This document shows positions 14,096-26,832 of a stretch of DNA of 64,000 nucleotides, one piece after another (the stretch's first letter is position 1; each line of letters opens with the position of its first letter). The stretch covers positions 186,001 through 250,000 of the forward strand of contig NMRA01000340.1 of the NCBI GenBank assembly GCA_002633005.1, written 5' to 3'. The stretch comes from Phoronis australis (taxonomy: Eukaryota > Animalia > Phoronida). The notes below the pieces were generated by a model. That model was not told the DNA's origin, ran no database searches, and saw only the letters and a program-made list of their open reading frames with translations. Made by a program: the position numbers and the translations under genes.

Positions 14096-15446
14096 GTAAC
14101 TCGTTAATTATCGATAGTCTGTCGTCCTGAAGCTAAACGTCGTCATTAAATGTCCTGTCACTCGAGCATGTGTTAACGGCAACTTTGACGAAAAACATGC
14201 CTACTACAGAGTTCTCACTCAGTCTGCACAATGCTTAGTCCGTTATTCTTTTTTCACAATTTCTAACTGCGTTATTGTGACGGGTGCCCTTTTATAACAG
14301 TGGAATTTGCCCACATTGGTTTAATTGTATCCTATAAAACGTTTAAACACCTCCAAATAAAGTGTCTGTCACGACGCACAGTGTTTTTTCATATGAATGA
14401 TTTGTACTGGTGTTGCATTATGATCAGAGAGACATCTATTGAGTGATCAACATAACATTCTTTATATTTAGTTGATGTTGTCATAAAACCATATTGATTT
14501 TTCCTTCATAGTGCCTACACTATGCCAGTGCAACGTAACTCGGAAAGTCTCAGACAATTCTATGCGTCATTGTGTGGTTGTTGCACAGTTTTGGTCTTTC
14601 AAAGAATAGGTCTCGAAGGAATACATTTTATCATTAGGAATTATGTTTCTTGATGATGGCCAGAGTTCTTATGTTGCGAGAGCTATGGAATAGTTTCAGA
14701 GTACGGTCCTTCGTATTCTCGATGGCTTGAAGCAAACAGGTGTAGCCACCCACCAAGAAATGCTTGGGTGAAAAATACTCAGTGCAGTGTAAAAGAAATA
14801 CATAATTGTAATACTTTCTCTTTGTCTGATACATTCATTTGTTAACAAAGGTAGCACCGCGGATATTTAGCACTGCTTCCCGTGAGTGTCCTCCTCACTC
14901 ATACCACATTCCTTCTCTTCCACACATGCGAGAGCATTAAACAGACAAGCATGTTCCTTCCAATTTGCTAGGCATGATACCCCTCCCATTGTTGGGTCAA
15001 GTATATGTCTTGCAAATGAACTGGATAGCCATCTTTACAGTGATTGTTTGATTTATTGTGATATTTAAAATGAGGGTGGCTCTTCAGTGACAGCACTGCT
15101 TTCCAAGAGGACCCTCAACAACAAAATGTAAAACAGTAACATTAAACTAATAAACCAATAATTAAATACTTGGAACAAAGTTACAATTAGAACAGGTTGA
15201 GAATTTAGTTAATAAATAAATAAATGATGAAGGATGATGAAAATTTGACTAAGAGAAATGAAATAAATAGAAGTCGGTTGAAATTCTTCAGAATATTTCT
15301 TCTCATTTACAATAATTGCACATTGCCAGCTTGGCTATTCAGAGTCCACAGGGGGTAGTAAAACAATTAATCTTCTCAGCCAGAACCTTAAACCCTTTGT
15401 TAGTTGTGTTTAGTTAAAGCTCCAACTGGGACACTTGTATGACTAA

Positions 15447-15951
15447 AAGCCCTTTCAAACTAACTTAATTCCAGTTTGAGCAGAACCTGGGTGTAAACTG
15501 GGAAGTTAATTGAATTGTTCAAGCCAGCATTGGTAGTTAATGGCATCGAAGTAAACGGTAGGTGGTGCTGTAGTCATCAAAGTAATCACAAGGTAGCACT
15601 GCTGCATCCTGCGCACGCTAAAGGATTTTTTAATGTGACAATTTGAAAACATTTACATGACTTGTGCTAATTGGCACAAGACTTATTTCTTATCTGATGG
15701 GTGATTATACGAGCTGAATATAAGCAACTATTAGCAACGACACTGCCCTTTAATTGTTGATAATAGTGGCCCCTGGTGATAACTTTGAGGAGACTGGAGT
15801 TGACCACACTGCAACGTCAACGCTCTGTTGTTAAATCCACCTGTTTACTGCAAAGTTAACTGGCGCTGTTAATCCAGGATGGAAGTTAACTGTTCATACT
15901 GACCGCAACTGCCCAAAACATCCACGGGTCAACGTTAGTATGAAAGGGCCT
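15447..15951 (-). mobile_element. Second, inverted copy of the Harbinger-like MITE
   Basis: Ends AAGCCCTTTCAAACTAAC ... GTTAGTATGAAAGGGCCT; interior is the diverged reverse complement of 11230-11708. Confidence 0.7.
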
Positions 15952-17211
15952 TTAGAACTGCTTTCATTGACCTTTCATGTCGATTTCGAAAGACCTATGA
16001 TGCGTTAACGACAACCATGATTTGCAACCCTCCCCAAAATAGTAATCCACAATGGAGGCCAATCAACCCCCCCAAGCCAAAATGAAATTTTCAGTTCAAG
16101 CAAGTGATATTTAACACTAGCTTCTGCGGATTCTACCTTTCTCAGAGTCTCTGGTACACTAGGAAAGACACACACTCTTGTTATAAAAGGTGTTATGTAG
16201 AACAAAGCAACTTACTTAAGTGAAGCAACTATTTGCTGAAGTGTGCTTGAATCCCTGGGAAAGTGTACAAGTCCCAATTTCATGTAGAAAATTTAAATAA
16301 TTTTTATGCCTAAATTTGCTGTCTGTAACGTTGTATACCTGTCATTTATTGTGTTTATTGAGCTTAAGTTTTAACCAGTGATATTGTAATAGAACCCAAT
16401 CTCTGTGCGCCATACTAGGCACCCACTGATTTGTGACTGAATGAGCCTTATATAATTCAAGACAGAGGGCGCTGCCAAATACACACAATCTCTTTCTCAC
16501 TCACAGACTTGTAAAAGTCCTTTCATACAAGCGTATTTGCATGATGCCAGCTAGAATTGTTCAAACAGTTGTCTGAGAGAACCACGCTGACTTGAGCAAT
16601 CAATATCAGGTTTTGTGTTTTTATTTAGTACATACGTCAGTGGTTGCGTTGATTATCTATAATTATGCTGCATTATGCTATGTAGTTCGCCTATTACACG
16701 ACAGCAATATATTACTTTTAGCAGAGGAATTGATATTGAGCATAGTAAAAGACGGGGGTTTTGTCCAGAGTCGTGCGACAACCCTTTCTCTGGCCAGGAT
16801 CTCTTAGTTTTTGGGAGTTTTGTGCATTGATAAAATTGCTGATTTTGTAATAGGCATCTATTACAGAACTTAAACCACCAACAGGACTATGGTGATTGGT
16901 TTCGGTAATGAAATTAACATGCTGAAATGACCAGAACACAATAGCCCAATGTGTACCACCAGCTCTAACAATGTGTGCCACCAGCTCTAACAAAAGATAT
17001 ATTGTGGGTAGTTACCCCCCCGTGGGTAGTTACCCCCCATCCCCCCTCTTCCATCATCTCTTCATCACAACTTTTCAAAATTTCTATTTTCTATCTTTGT
17101 AACACAGACCTTCACTCCCTGTGTGTGATTTTGACTGCCACACCTGTTATTCCGATACAACGTATGTTAGGGGAATACCTCAGACAGGTACCATGTGATT
17201 CTTAAGTTGAA

Positions 17212-18447
17212 TAAACCTTATAGTCGTTTTGAACAAGTACGCATTTTTTCAATGACAGTATCATTTCCACGGAGTCCTTGTTTAATTCACCACCAGATGC
17301 CTTTGCCTTTCCTCACCTATGCCTGTCCAAGGGGATTTCCCCCAGGGCTGTCATTAAACTATTTTTCATTGTAATGTCATGGAAAACACCCACAGTGACT
17401 GCCTAATTGTTGACGGAGGTAATTAGCATGTAAAGGCAAATACTCTATTAATTTGTTTCGTCTATTGCGCACACTGTTTAACTTCGCAGTTTTGTTTTGA
17501 ACACACACACGCAAACCTAAGATTTAGTACGGATGTTTGGGTTTTCACTTTCAAAGACTTTGTCAAGTTGAGTTAGCAATTTTGTTGTTGCTTAAATGGT
17601 TTTGTGCGGGAGCACAGACCTGTGGATATTAGGGGCTAAAGGAGGAAGGAGGTTTGAGTCAAGGCTAGCCGGCATGAGCTTGCTGAATGATGGAGTGCAC
17701 GATACAAGCCCAAAGAGCCGAACGACAGAGGAAGGAACTTCTGAGAGATTTCAGTCGTTTGGTGAGGTCACGCTGTAGTTAGTCCACGTCATTGCTTGTG
17801 AAATTTTTATACAACATTTGGTTTGGAGAAAAGTATTAATATATCTTTTTTTCTTTNTAAACCTTACAGTCGTTTTGAACAAGTACGCAGCCTTTGCCTT
17901 TCCTCACCTATGCCTGTCCAAGGGGATTTCCCCCAGGGCTGTCATTAAACTATTTTTCATTGTAATGTCGTGGAAAACACCCACAGTGACTGCCTAATTG
18001 TTGACGGAGGTAATTAGCATGTAAAGGCAAATACTCTATTAATTTGTTTCGTCTATTGCGCACACTGTTTAACTTGGCAGTTTTGTTTTGAACGCACACA
18101 CGCAAACCTAAGATTTAGTACGGATGTTTGGGTTTTCACTTTCAAAGACTTTGTCAAGTTGAGTTAGCAATTTTGTTGTTGCTTAAATGGTTTTGTGCGG
18201 GAGCACAGACCTGTGGATATTAGGGGCTAAAGGAGGAAGGAGGTTTGAGTCAAGGCTAGCCGGCATGAGCTTGCTGAATGATGGAGTGCACGATACAAGC
18301 CCAAAGAGCCGAACGACAGAGGAAGGAACTTCTGAGAGATTTCAGTCGTTTGGTGAGGTCACGCTGTAGTTAGTCCACGTCATTGCTTGTGAAATTTTTA
18401 TACAACATTTGGTTTGGAGAAAAGTATTAATATATCTTTTTTTCTTT
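17212..18447. repeat. Near-identical direct duplication (17212-17856 / 17858-18447) across a single N; probable assembly artefact
   Basis: Copies abut the N at 17857 and differ by a few SNPs and a ~55 bp indel; explains the twin ORFs 17596/18187. Confidence 0.85.
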
Positions 18448-21400
18448 TGAGTCTGGTACATTTATGAGCGCTTACTTAGGCTATATCATTTTAATACATT
18501 TTTCTGATTTTATTTCTAAATTATTTTTTGGGCTTTTGATGGTTGTAAAACTCCTGTTGCACTTTTTAAAGAAATCATGTTGTTGTCTGTGGTTTTCATT
18601 TTCATGAATTACGTATTCTGTTTTAAGATCTAGCGTACTCATAATCTATCTGTTCTTAATGCAATTCAGGTTTGCTAAACATTTTGCCAGATATGTAAAA
18701 ATTCAGTGCTTTGATGTAATTAGCGGATAGTGTCTGGCTCTCTGAAAAAAAAAACAATAGTGGCTTGATCATGAAAACTGATGTAAATTAATGATTCTGA
18801 AGTTATGAAAAAGTTTTTATAGCAAATGTGGTTAATTTGAATAAAATGAAAATTTCTCCACCTTTTGAATTTAGATTCTGTGTTGTGATTTAATCTTAAA
18901 TTAGAATGTGACTATTCGTAATAGATTTAACTAAAAGTAGGATAGACAAGTGAAATAATATGTTCTTATCTTTCAACAGCTAGTAAAGATAATTTTCTTA
19001 TTATCTCATAGACATCATAAAAGACGATTTAGTAAAGTTTCCCTTATATACAGCTACGCAGCCTTCCAAAACAGAAAATGACAACTTTTGTAATAATAAC
19101 TGTACGAAAAAAAATTGAAAGCTTAGAGTGAACTGCCACAGGGTCCTGGAGCTCAATCAGCATATGTTGGGTTTGCATGATTGTAAAAATTGCCAGAAAG
19201 AGTCCCAGTACTTTTTCACGCAACGTTTTACTAGGAAAATGCTTGCACCAGGACACAAATTTGCTGGGAGTCTGAATTCCACCGTCAAATTTGTCACCAT
19301 TAATACTGAGGAAATTTATGCACTCGATTGGATTCCAAGCTAGACTGACCAATGGTAGAAACGTATGTTCCAGCACTAATTTATTGAATTAGCAAACGGA
19401 TCTTGTTAGTATCACCGGGTATTTTCAAGGCTTTGCTGTAGGGTCTGCATAATTTGCAGGGTTTCAGGATGGCACAGAGATGCAACGGGATAGTGGAAAT
19501 ATTTCTTATGGCGTGATTTGTGCGAAATTTTGGAATTCTGAGATAGTGGGAATGTTGCTGCCGTGCTGTTATGTGTGCTTAATAATATAATCAGGTTGCT
19601 AATGCGTTGTTATGAGGTGTGTGGGTGGCGGTGATGATGTAAAATTTCACTTGCGTAACATTGTGATGCAGGAATTTTCCAGTCAGTCGCCACCATGGAA
19701 TAACTCTGCAATCATTAGATCTTAGCCCATTCGTGTTCTTCACTAATTGAATGCTACAAAAATACTGGCTTTTAATTAGTTTTGCATTGAAACTTGAATT
19801 GTTTTTAGTCACCTAGTCTTAGGTAAAACTTGTATGGTATTGTTGTAGTCATCCACTCAAGCTAAAAATTTGATCATGTTAGTCGTCAGCCCTAATAGCT
19901 GAAACTTGAATCATTTTATTCATCAACTCTAGCTAAAGATATTCAGTCTTTTGTTGGGAGTTTTATTAGTAATATTCATTTTTTATTGAAGCATTTATAT
20001 TTAGTGCCCATCGTAATATTTAATGTGCTTCCTGACCCTTCCTCTGTTAGGAGATGTAATGTTCATCTTAGTCACTCATCCACCTTTTTGTCTCTTTTAT
20101 GTATCACCCAACTGAACTGAATTCTAGTTTATTTAAAAGTGAAAATTTTAAAAAATTGGGCGCTAGTCCAGACTAGTACGGTGTTCACCTGATAACTAGT
20201 TAAGTATGTATTGACTGCCGAACTTTTGAAAAACTGCAGTTAAACAATTGTAATGGTACCTACAAAAACAATGTTATGAGAAACCTTGTGTGTGTGTCAC
20301 GCTTTGTTACGTTAGAGTCCTATTGCCCTGATTGGTTGATAATTTCGATTTCGCGGGTTATCAACAGATGATGTGCATATGATGAGAAAATTTTTTTCAT
20401 CACAAGCTAAGTATATATAGTGTTGATTGTCAGCCAATAGATGTCCTCGTTGTTGAAGATGAATGCCCTGCTGCTGCAGTCACTAAATGAAGCATGAGTT
20501 AAGTCTATAATCCTATAATGTTTCCAATTGTCAGGTTGAATGAAACAAGTCAGCCTTGTGTCAAACATGATGAGAGTCCCTTGTTTTATTAGGACTAGAC
20601 ATTTAAAGTACTTGATGTGACTGTAAATGTAGTTTAAAAGTGCATTTCACCTTGTTTAGGCCTTTTGCTCAGATAATAAATTTGGTCTTGTAACGCTGTG
20701 ATAAGATTACATTTTCATTACCTACAAGAACATGGAATTCATCAATGACCCAAAAAAGTTCTTCACAGTTTATTAGAGTTTAGCCAGCCATAATTTTGCA
20801 AATCCGAAAGTAGCGCATGACATTGCCTGTGAACTTAACCAACAAGAACCATCGGCAACTCAATAAAATGTTTCAGAGCTAATGCAGGGGTGGGCAAAAA
20901 TTGCGAATTTGAAAATGGTGCTTCTACTCATTACCTTTGAAATGAAATAGAATCCTGTCGCGATTAGGATTATAAAAAGACTGGATTTATGAGAGTCTAA
21001 GGCCTAATTCGATTTTTTTTCGTAGCTAGCTAAACAGGGCGAAATTAAACTTTTATTTTGTGGAATTGTAACAAATAACAATTGAAAACTGCCCTGGCAA
21101 TTTCTAATCTGATTGAACGTCAGGTCAATATTTGCATTTAACCTTTTGTTAAAAGGCGGGTCAATATATATAGTCAATTTTAATAGTGATCACAAGCTAC
21201 CATGTGGCTGTATTTACGGCATATCAAATAACAATGGACAAGATGAATTTTAATTAAACTGATTAATCTGTGAAAACAAAATGGTATGCTGAAAAATTAA
21301 TGAAATTTATTAAATGATATGTGCTCATTATTCAGTACAAAGCCGAAAACCTGTAAACTATTCTACAGACTTCAGCGCAGTTCGGAAGACCTTTTTTCTT

Positions 21401-23117
21401 TTTTAAGTGACTTCCTGCCTGCCTCTGTTAGTTGTAATTGTCTGGAAGCGGAAGTCTACTCCTGGAGGACTCGAATCGTAGACTGTTGTGACAATTATCT
21501 GTCTGCTGGTAGAATGAAGGTTGAATTCTAGTTTTAATATTTACCCATTAGGCTGTGCACCAATGTATTGATCCTGGCTGTAAATATAGCGTTTGTTTGA
21601 TGTGACGCCAAATGAAATCACGCCCAATCGGAGTGAGGCTGAATGTTCTGGCAATAATCAGTGATGAATGAAATGATTGAGTTGGCAAGAACTAAAGTCT
21701 GACAGAGATCTATTGGTACAAAGATGTGCTGACGTATTTAAAGATTAAAACTTGCCACTGGGACTAGAACGCACTTACAAGTTAGGCTTGTGAGCGTTGT
21801 TTTTTATTTTTTTATTTTATTTTATTCATTATCTTAGCATTGTTTCAGTAACCACAGAAAGAAGAGCAATACAATAGAAACAGAATTTGCCAAAAAACAT
21901 AGCTTGCAGTCCCATTGCTACTACAATAAACTTAAGTAATTAGGTCGTATAATCATTATCCTTTCCTTTGTGTTTTTACAGTAAAACTCAGTGACTGCAA
22001 TGAGATTTGATAACTGAAGAATAAATTTATGTTGTGAGTTGTCCTTCACCATAGAAAGATACCTTTCTTTGTTGCAGATAATATACCGTAATGTCACCTA
22101 CTGAAAGTAAATTTCTCCCTACATCGCCAGGTGGCAGCACTGGTGCTGGGTCCCATGTGATCAGTGATATTTTTTGGCAAAACTGCCCTCTTAGTAGTCA
22201 ATATTTACTGGAATAATGTCTGCGTGAAAGCTGCTGCACTTCGTCACTGGAGACTCTCTTATGTTCCTTGCCAATCGATCAACACTTTCTGTTCACTTAG
22301 GCTCCCTTATCTTTAAATATGGTTGGCAACGAGTTCAGTGCACCCAAATTAGGAGCATATTGTTACCTGTGCATGAATCATGAACGGTCGCTTAGGATTT
22401 TTGCCAAGCGATTCCAACTCTTTCTGTAGTGCTTTCTCAGATGTGTGGGATTGTTACCAGATCGCCAAATTAAATCTGAGGTCACCAAATTGAGCTCTGA
22501 TCTAACTGAACTTCTGACCAAGTCTAAGAATCACCGTGATTGTCGTAGTTTTGAATTGTGTCGTAAGAATTCATTAATTTCTGACAGAAATGATTTCCAG
22601 AATTGGTCTTTTAATGTTCACAAGCTTCTAACAATATTGTGAATGGTTACAATTTCTCGAGAATATTGTCTGATGGTGTGTATAGAATAGATCTTAAAAA
22701 TGATATACCATTAATCACATGCTAATTTATCTTTTATGAAAAAAATTACATTTGTTGGCCATATTGTGTGTTACCGTCAATTGGTGGAATTTTACCATAC
22801 TCCTAATTAAAACTGGTTGCTGGGCTGAGTTTTATAATAAATTATTAAATTGGAAAAATACACTTTGTAGCCAGACATAGATTCTGGCCTAAAAACGGAT
22901 AAAACGCCGAGTTTATGATGAATATTGATTGTGCTGTTTTGGAAGCCGCTGCTCGTTCGCAAATTTGTAGAAACTGACCACAATCACCATGTTTTTCCAC
23001 AAAGTGAGTTCTGTAATTAGATTGCACGTTTTTTTCTATGCCGTTTATTGCATTGATCTGGCTGGCTCTCTTTGGGTAATGTGATGTGCTCATCTAGATT
23101 TTAATGTTTAAACATGC

Positions 23118-23251
23118 CACTTACCCTCCATTCAGTACCCAGTGTGCATTGCTTGCTGTATCACTTCACCCTCCATTCAGTACCCAGTGTGCATTGCTTC
23201 CTGTATCACTTACCCTCCATTCAGTACCCAGTGTGCATTGCTTGCTGTATC
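23118..23251. repeat. ~44 bp tandem repeat, 3 copies
   Basis: CACTTACCCTCCATTCAGTACCCAGTGTGCATTGCTTGCTGTAT. Confidence 0.9.
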
Positions 23252-24924
23252 AAGTACTTAGGGATACCAGACAAAAGCCATTTAGCAATAAAACAGTGTC
23301 ATGGTGATTGAAATACTCCTTGCAGGCGGAAAGTGTTGAATCCTTCTGTGGATTTGTGCCTTGGGATGATTCCAAGCATATTTTTCTAAAATCTTAATGT
23401 TGTCTTCATGCCTTCAAATTGCCAGTGTTTTGTGGTTTGATGAGACAAACGATTCACTCAAAAATATGCAACATCTCGAACGTCCTAGAACGAACAAAAT
23501 TTTCATGTCCTCTGGCAGTCTTGCACACCAGAATTTGAAATTGGGTCAAGCCATATTGCCCCCTCTTGTTGCTCACCAGAATTCGAAATTGGTGTTAAGC
23601 CAAATATGCTTTTGTGCTGTCACCACCCTAAGGAGTTATACACAGTATATAATATTTCCAATTGTCATAACAATGCACTGAACCTGCATAGCGTTGCCAA
23701 GCATTTGAGGCAAATCTCTGCAAAAATACATAATTGTGCATTTGCTGGAGTAGCACATCCATTAACAACGGATTGGGCTCCTGATGCAAAGTGTCATCAT
23801 GTTTGTCCACTTGACGACATTAAAACTTTATGTTAATCATAATTTAATTATTGCTCATAGACAGATGAATGATGTTCTTGACAGCTTGTCCATTCTGAAG
23901 GCTTCCTTGGTCAATAGTTTATTGGATTATCAACAGGAAGTTGGTTTGCCTAGAGTGAAGTGTCAGTCTACAGGGCAATCTAACCCCCCCCCCTCGGTCT
24001 TTTATTTGCAATGGCATTGTTCTCAACTCGGTAAATGCCAATACCCAATTTCTGATGTAAGACCAACGTTATGAAGTACACTTTCTGGCTAGATGGCGAT
24101 ACAGTAGTTGGCAAACAGAAATTTTGTACGAAGGTTTGATGCAGTGAGATTTCCTAGTATTTTTTCTGAAATTCTTTGTGACCCTCAAATTGCTACTGTA
24201 AGATAATGAGACGAGTAACAAGAAAATACCATTTCAATTATGCTTCGTCCCTGTCAGTTGGACCATCCTTGCGCTGCGAAATTACAAATTGAGTCGAGCA
24301 AAAGACGCTTTCGACTTCTCTCAGTGGTGTGGATGTGGATGGTTCTACATTTCAATTTTTCATTTGTCCATTTCATAACTTGCTGTTTTAAGTTGTTTTA
24401 TTGGGTAACAATCACTTTGAGAACCTTCATCGAATACAAGTCATCAAACTGGTTCTCAAAATCCGCGACCCCTGTAAATGACTATTGCCATTTCCGTATT
24501 CAGCCAAAGTCTACTGCCTCTCTCTCTTGTACGTGCCTAAGAAAAAATATCCAGCTTCAGGACTCTGAAATGAGCTTGGGTTAATGTTTCAGGTGTTTTT
24601 ACAAGAAATTGTAACCTTGTCTTATAATATGAAGCCTTTTCAATTGAGATTTCAATAGAGTGTGACAGTATTGGTTGCGTCTGACCAAGATATAATGTGG
24701 TTTTTGTTCAAGCCACCTGGTCTGTTAAGGTAGATCTATGGACTTTTGTTGGAGATTCCTTCCTTGTAAATCTAGTAAAAAGGACTTATTGTTGCTGTCT
24801 GTTTCCTTTGGGGGGACATAATCAAGGCCTATATCATGTTCCTTGTTTTTTTTGTTCCTTGTGATTTTTAACAGTCAGGGACACATCCAGAAATTTTCAA
24901 TACAGGCAAATGGAAGTTATGAAA

Positions 24925-25427
24925 TGCCTTTAGTAGGACTCTAGAAAATATGCAAATTTGACTGATTTCTGAACACCATGTCTCAGAAATGGGTGATTGA
25001 ATTGATATGAAATGTTGTGAAGTAAGCACTGTTCTCAAGTTTGCTGTTAAGAATTGTTTAGTAAATGTTACACTCACTTTTTGCACGAGGGGCTAAAAAT
25101 ATAACTTATGGTTTCATGTAAAAACTGAAGGTGGATAAAACATCTTAGAAAATTGTGATTGTATTTTTGAGATTTTGTCTTGTTCATTCATATAAAAGGA
25201 AATTTGTTCACTTTGTTTTACTATCAAATTTACTTTTCTTTTTTGTAAAATTTTACCTAAGACATGGTCATGTGGTAAAATTATTGATGGATTGGTTAAA
25301 AATCAACAGTCAAATTCTTCAGCCTTTCGGCCACTTTCAGGAAGTCTTTACTTTCTTTGAATTAAACTCTAGTTTTGTAGATGTTTGGCATATTGCATAG
25401 GTATGTCCATAAGGCCGTACATAACCA
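24925..25427 (+). mobile_element. Diverged copy of the TTAA-flanked MITE at 49198-49656
   Basis: Shared blocks GTAGGAC..GAAAAT..CAAATTTG, CATGGTCATGTGG and terminus AAGG(C/T)C(G/C)TACATAACC. Confidence 0.5.
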
Positions 25428-26700
25428 TATAGCAACCGTTACCAATAAGCCCGCTTCAAACATTCTACAAATGAGGAGGTGGCACTTTCCATCTCTGCCA
25501 TCTGTTCCACCATGTATAATACGCTCAACAGTCTGGTGTCCATTCAACACACCAAGTAAGGTTTCAGTCAGTTTTAGCCAAAAAAATCTGAAATTTTTTA
25601 GTTATTTTCAGGAAGCAGATGATCCTAATTAAATGTTTCATATAAGATACATTGTTGTGTTGCATGCTCTCTTGGGCAAACCCATCATGCAAGGGAGAAA
25701 ATGTTTGCCTAAAGTTTAAAACAATTAATATGAAATAATTTGATGTTTGTAAGTACATGAGAACATTTTCTAAACTTTCACTTAATTAATATCCCAATGT
25801 ATCATTTTCTTTCAAAACATCGCAGGTGATCAGCTGCTCTGCTCAACAGTGATCTATGAATGCTAATATTTGTTGAGGCTTTGTCTCTAGTTTTAAATGT
25901 CTTGTTTGTTTAGCTATTCTAGACTTATTTGTCTCCCAGTGTTACCATGAGATGGGCACTGCATTGACTCTCAGTATGGTACTTCATTTGTTCAGGAATG
26001 AGGCGCATGTATTGATTCTAACTGGTAGAGTCATCTATGTAATCAATACAAACGAGAATAGAAAAGATTTTAACCTTTGTTTGGATTCTTTAAGTTCTAT
26101 TTTTCACCAGAGTCCAACTTTGGAGAGTGTATTGGCTACACTAGTGTCAATACACATTCCCTCCACTTAATTATTCATGAAGTTGTGAAGAGAATCAATT
26201 ATTTAGTGTTCCCTTACCGTTGCATGGTATGACTGAGATCTGAGGAGTCGCTGCTGCTGCTACTGCTACTGCTGCCTCAGTTGTGGGAGAGACGCAGTTA
26301 TAGAGGTTGGACGTGTGCTACAATTAGGAGCTTGGCTGTTGCATTTATCTCACCTGAATATAGGAGGTCTGGCGTACGCCTACAAAAGAACAGTAATCGA
26401 GGAACCCCATTGGATGTCCTGAAAGGTGTTAGCTCTGTTCACCACACTTGCACTTCACAGCTTGTGCCTATTTTTAACCTCAAGACTCAGCGAGCTATTT
26501 TATTGAACGTCTTTCAGTTGACTGAATCGGTTTGTGCCAAGGAATCTCGCTCTGTTATAGTTTAATGTTGTCAAAGAGTAATTACATTGCTTTGTTTTGA
26601 TGCCGCCCACCGTCGCAGTTGGCAGGATATTAAACTGTTGAGGCGTCGTGTCCACTAGTACGTTTCATGCACAGTTAGTTTGAGCTGCAGCGTCGCAGAA

Positions 26701-26832
26701 ATGCCTGAGGAAGAACAACAACCCAAGGTCGGCCCCGACGGGGAACCCATAGTAGTGGAGGAGATAGAATTAACCGAGGAACAAAAAGAGGCTCGTGCAC
26801 TGCAACTACAGATAGATGAAGGAACTAACGAA
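26701..26832 (+). CDS. SNAP25: SNAP-25 alternative first coding exon, variant 1b (MPEEEQQPKVGPDGEPIVVEEIELTEEQKEARALQLQIDEGTNE)
   Basis: gaaATG start; the end LQLQIDEGTNE aligns with 1a LQLQMNQVTDE; phase-0 donor GAA|gtaagc joins exon 3 in frame. Confidence 0.8.

Noticed and set aside
17212-18447. Tandem duplication with identical 60 aa ORFs
   Set aside because: Copies meet exactly at a single N and differ like alleles; best explained as an unmerged haplotype overlap.
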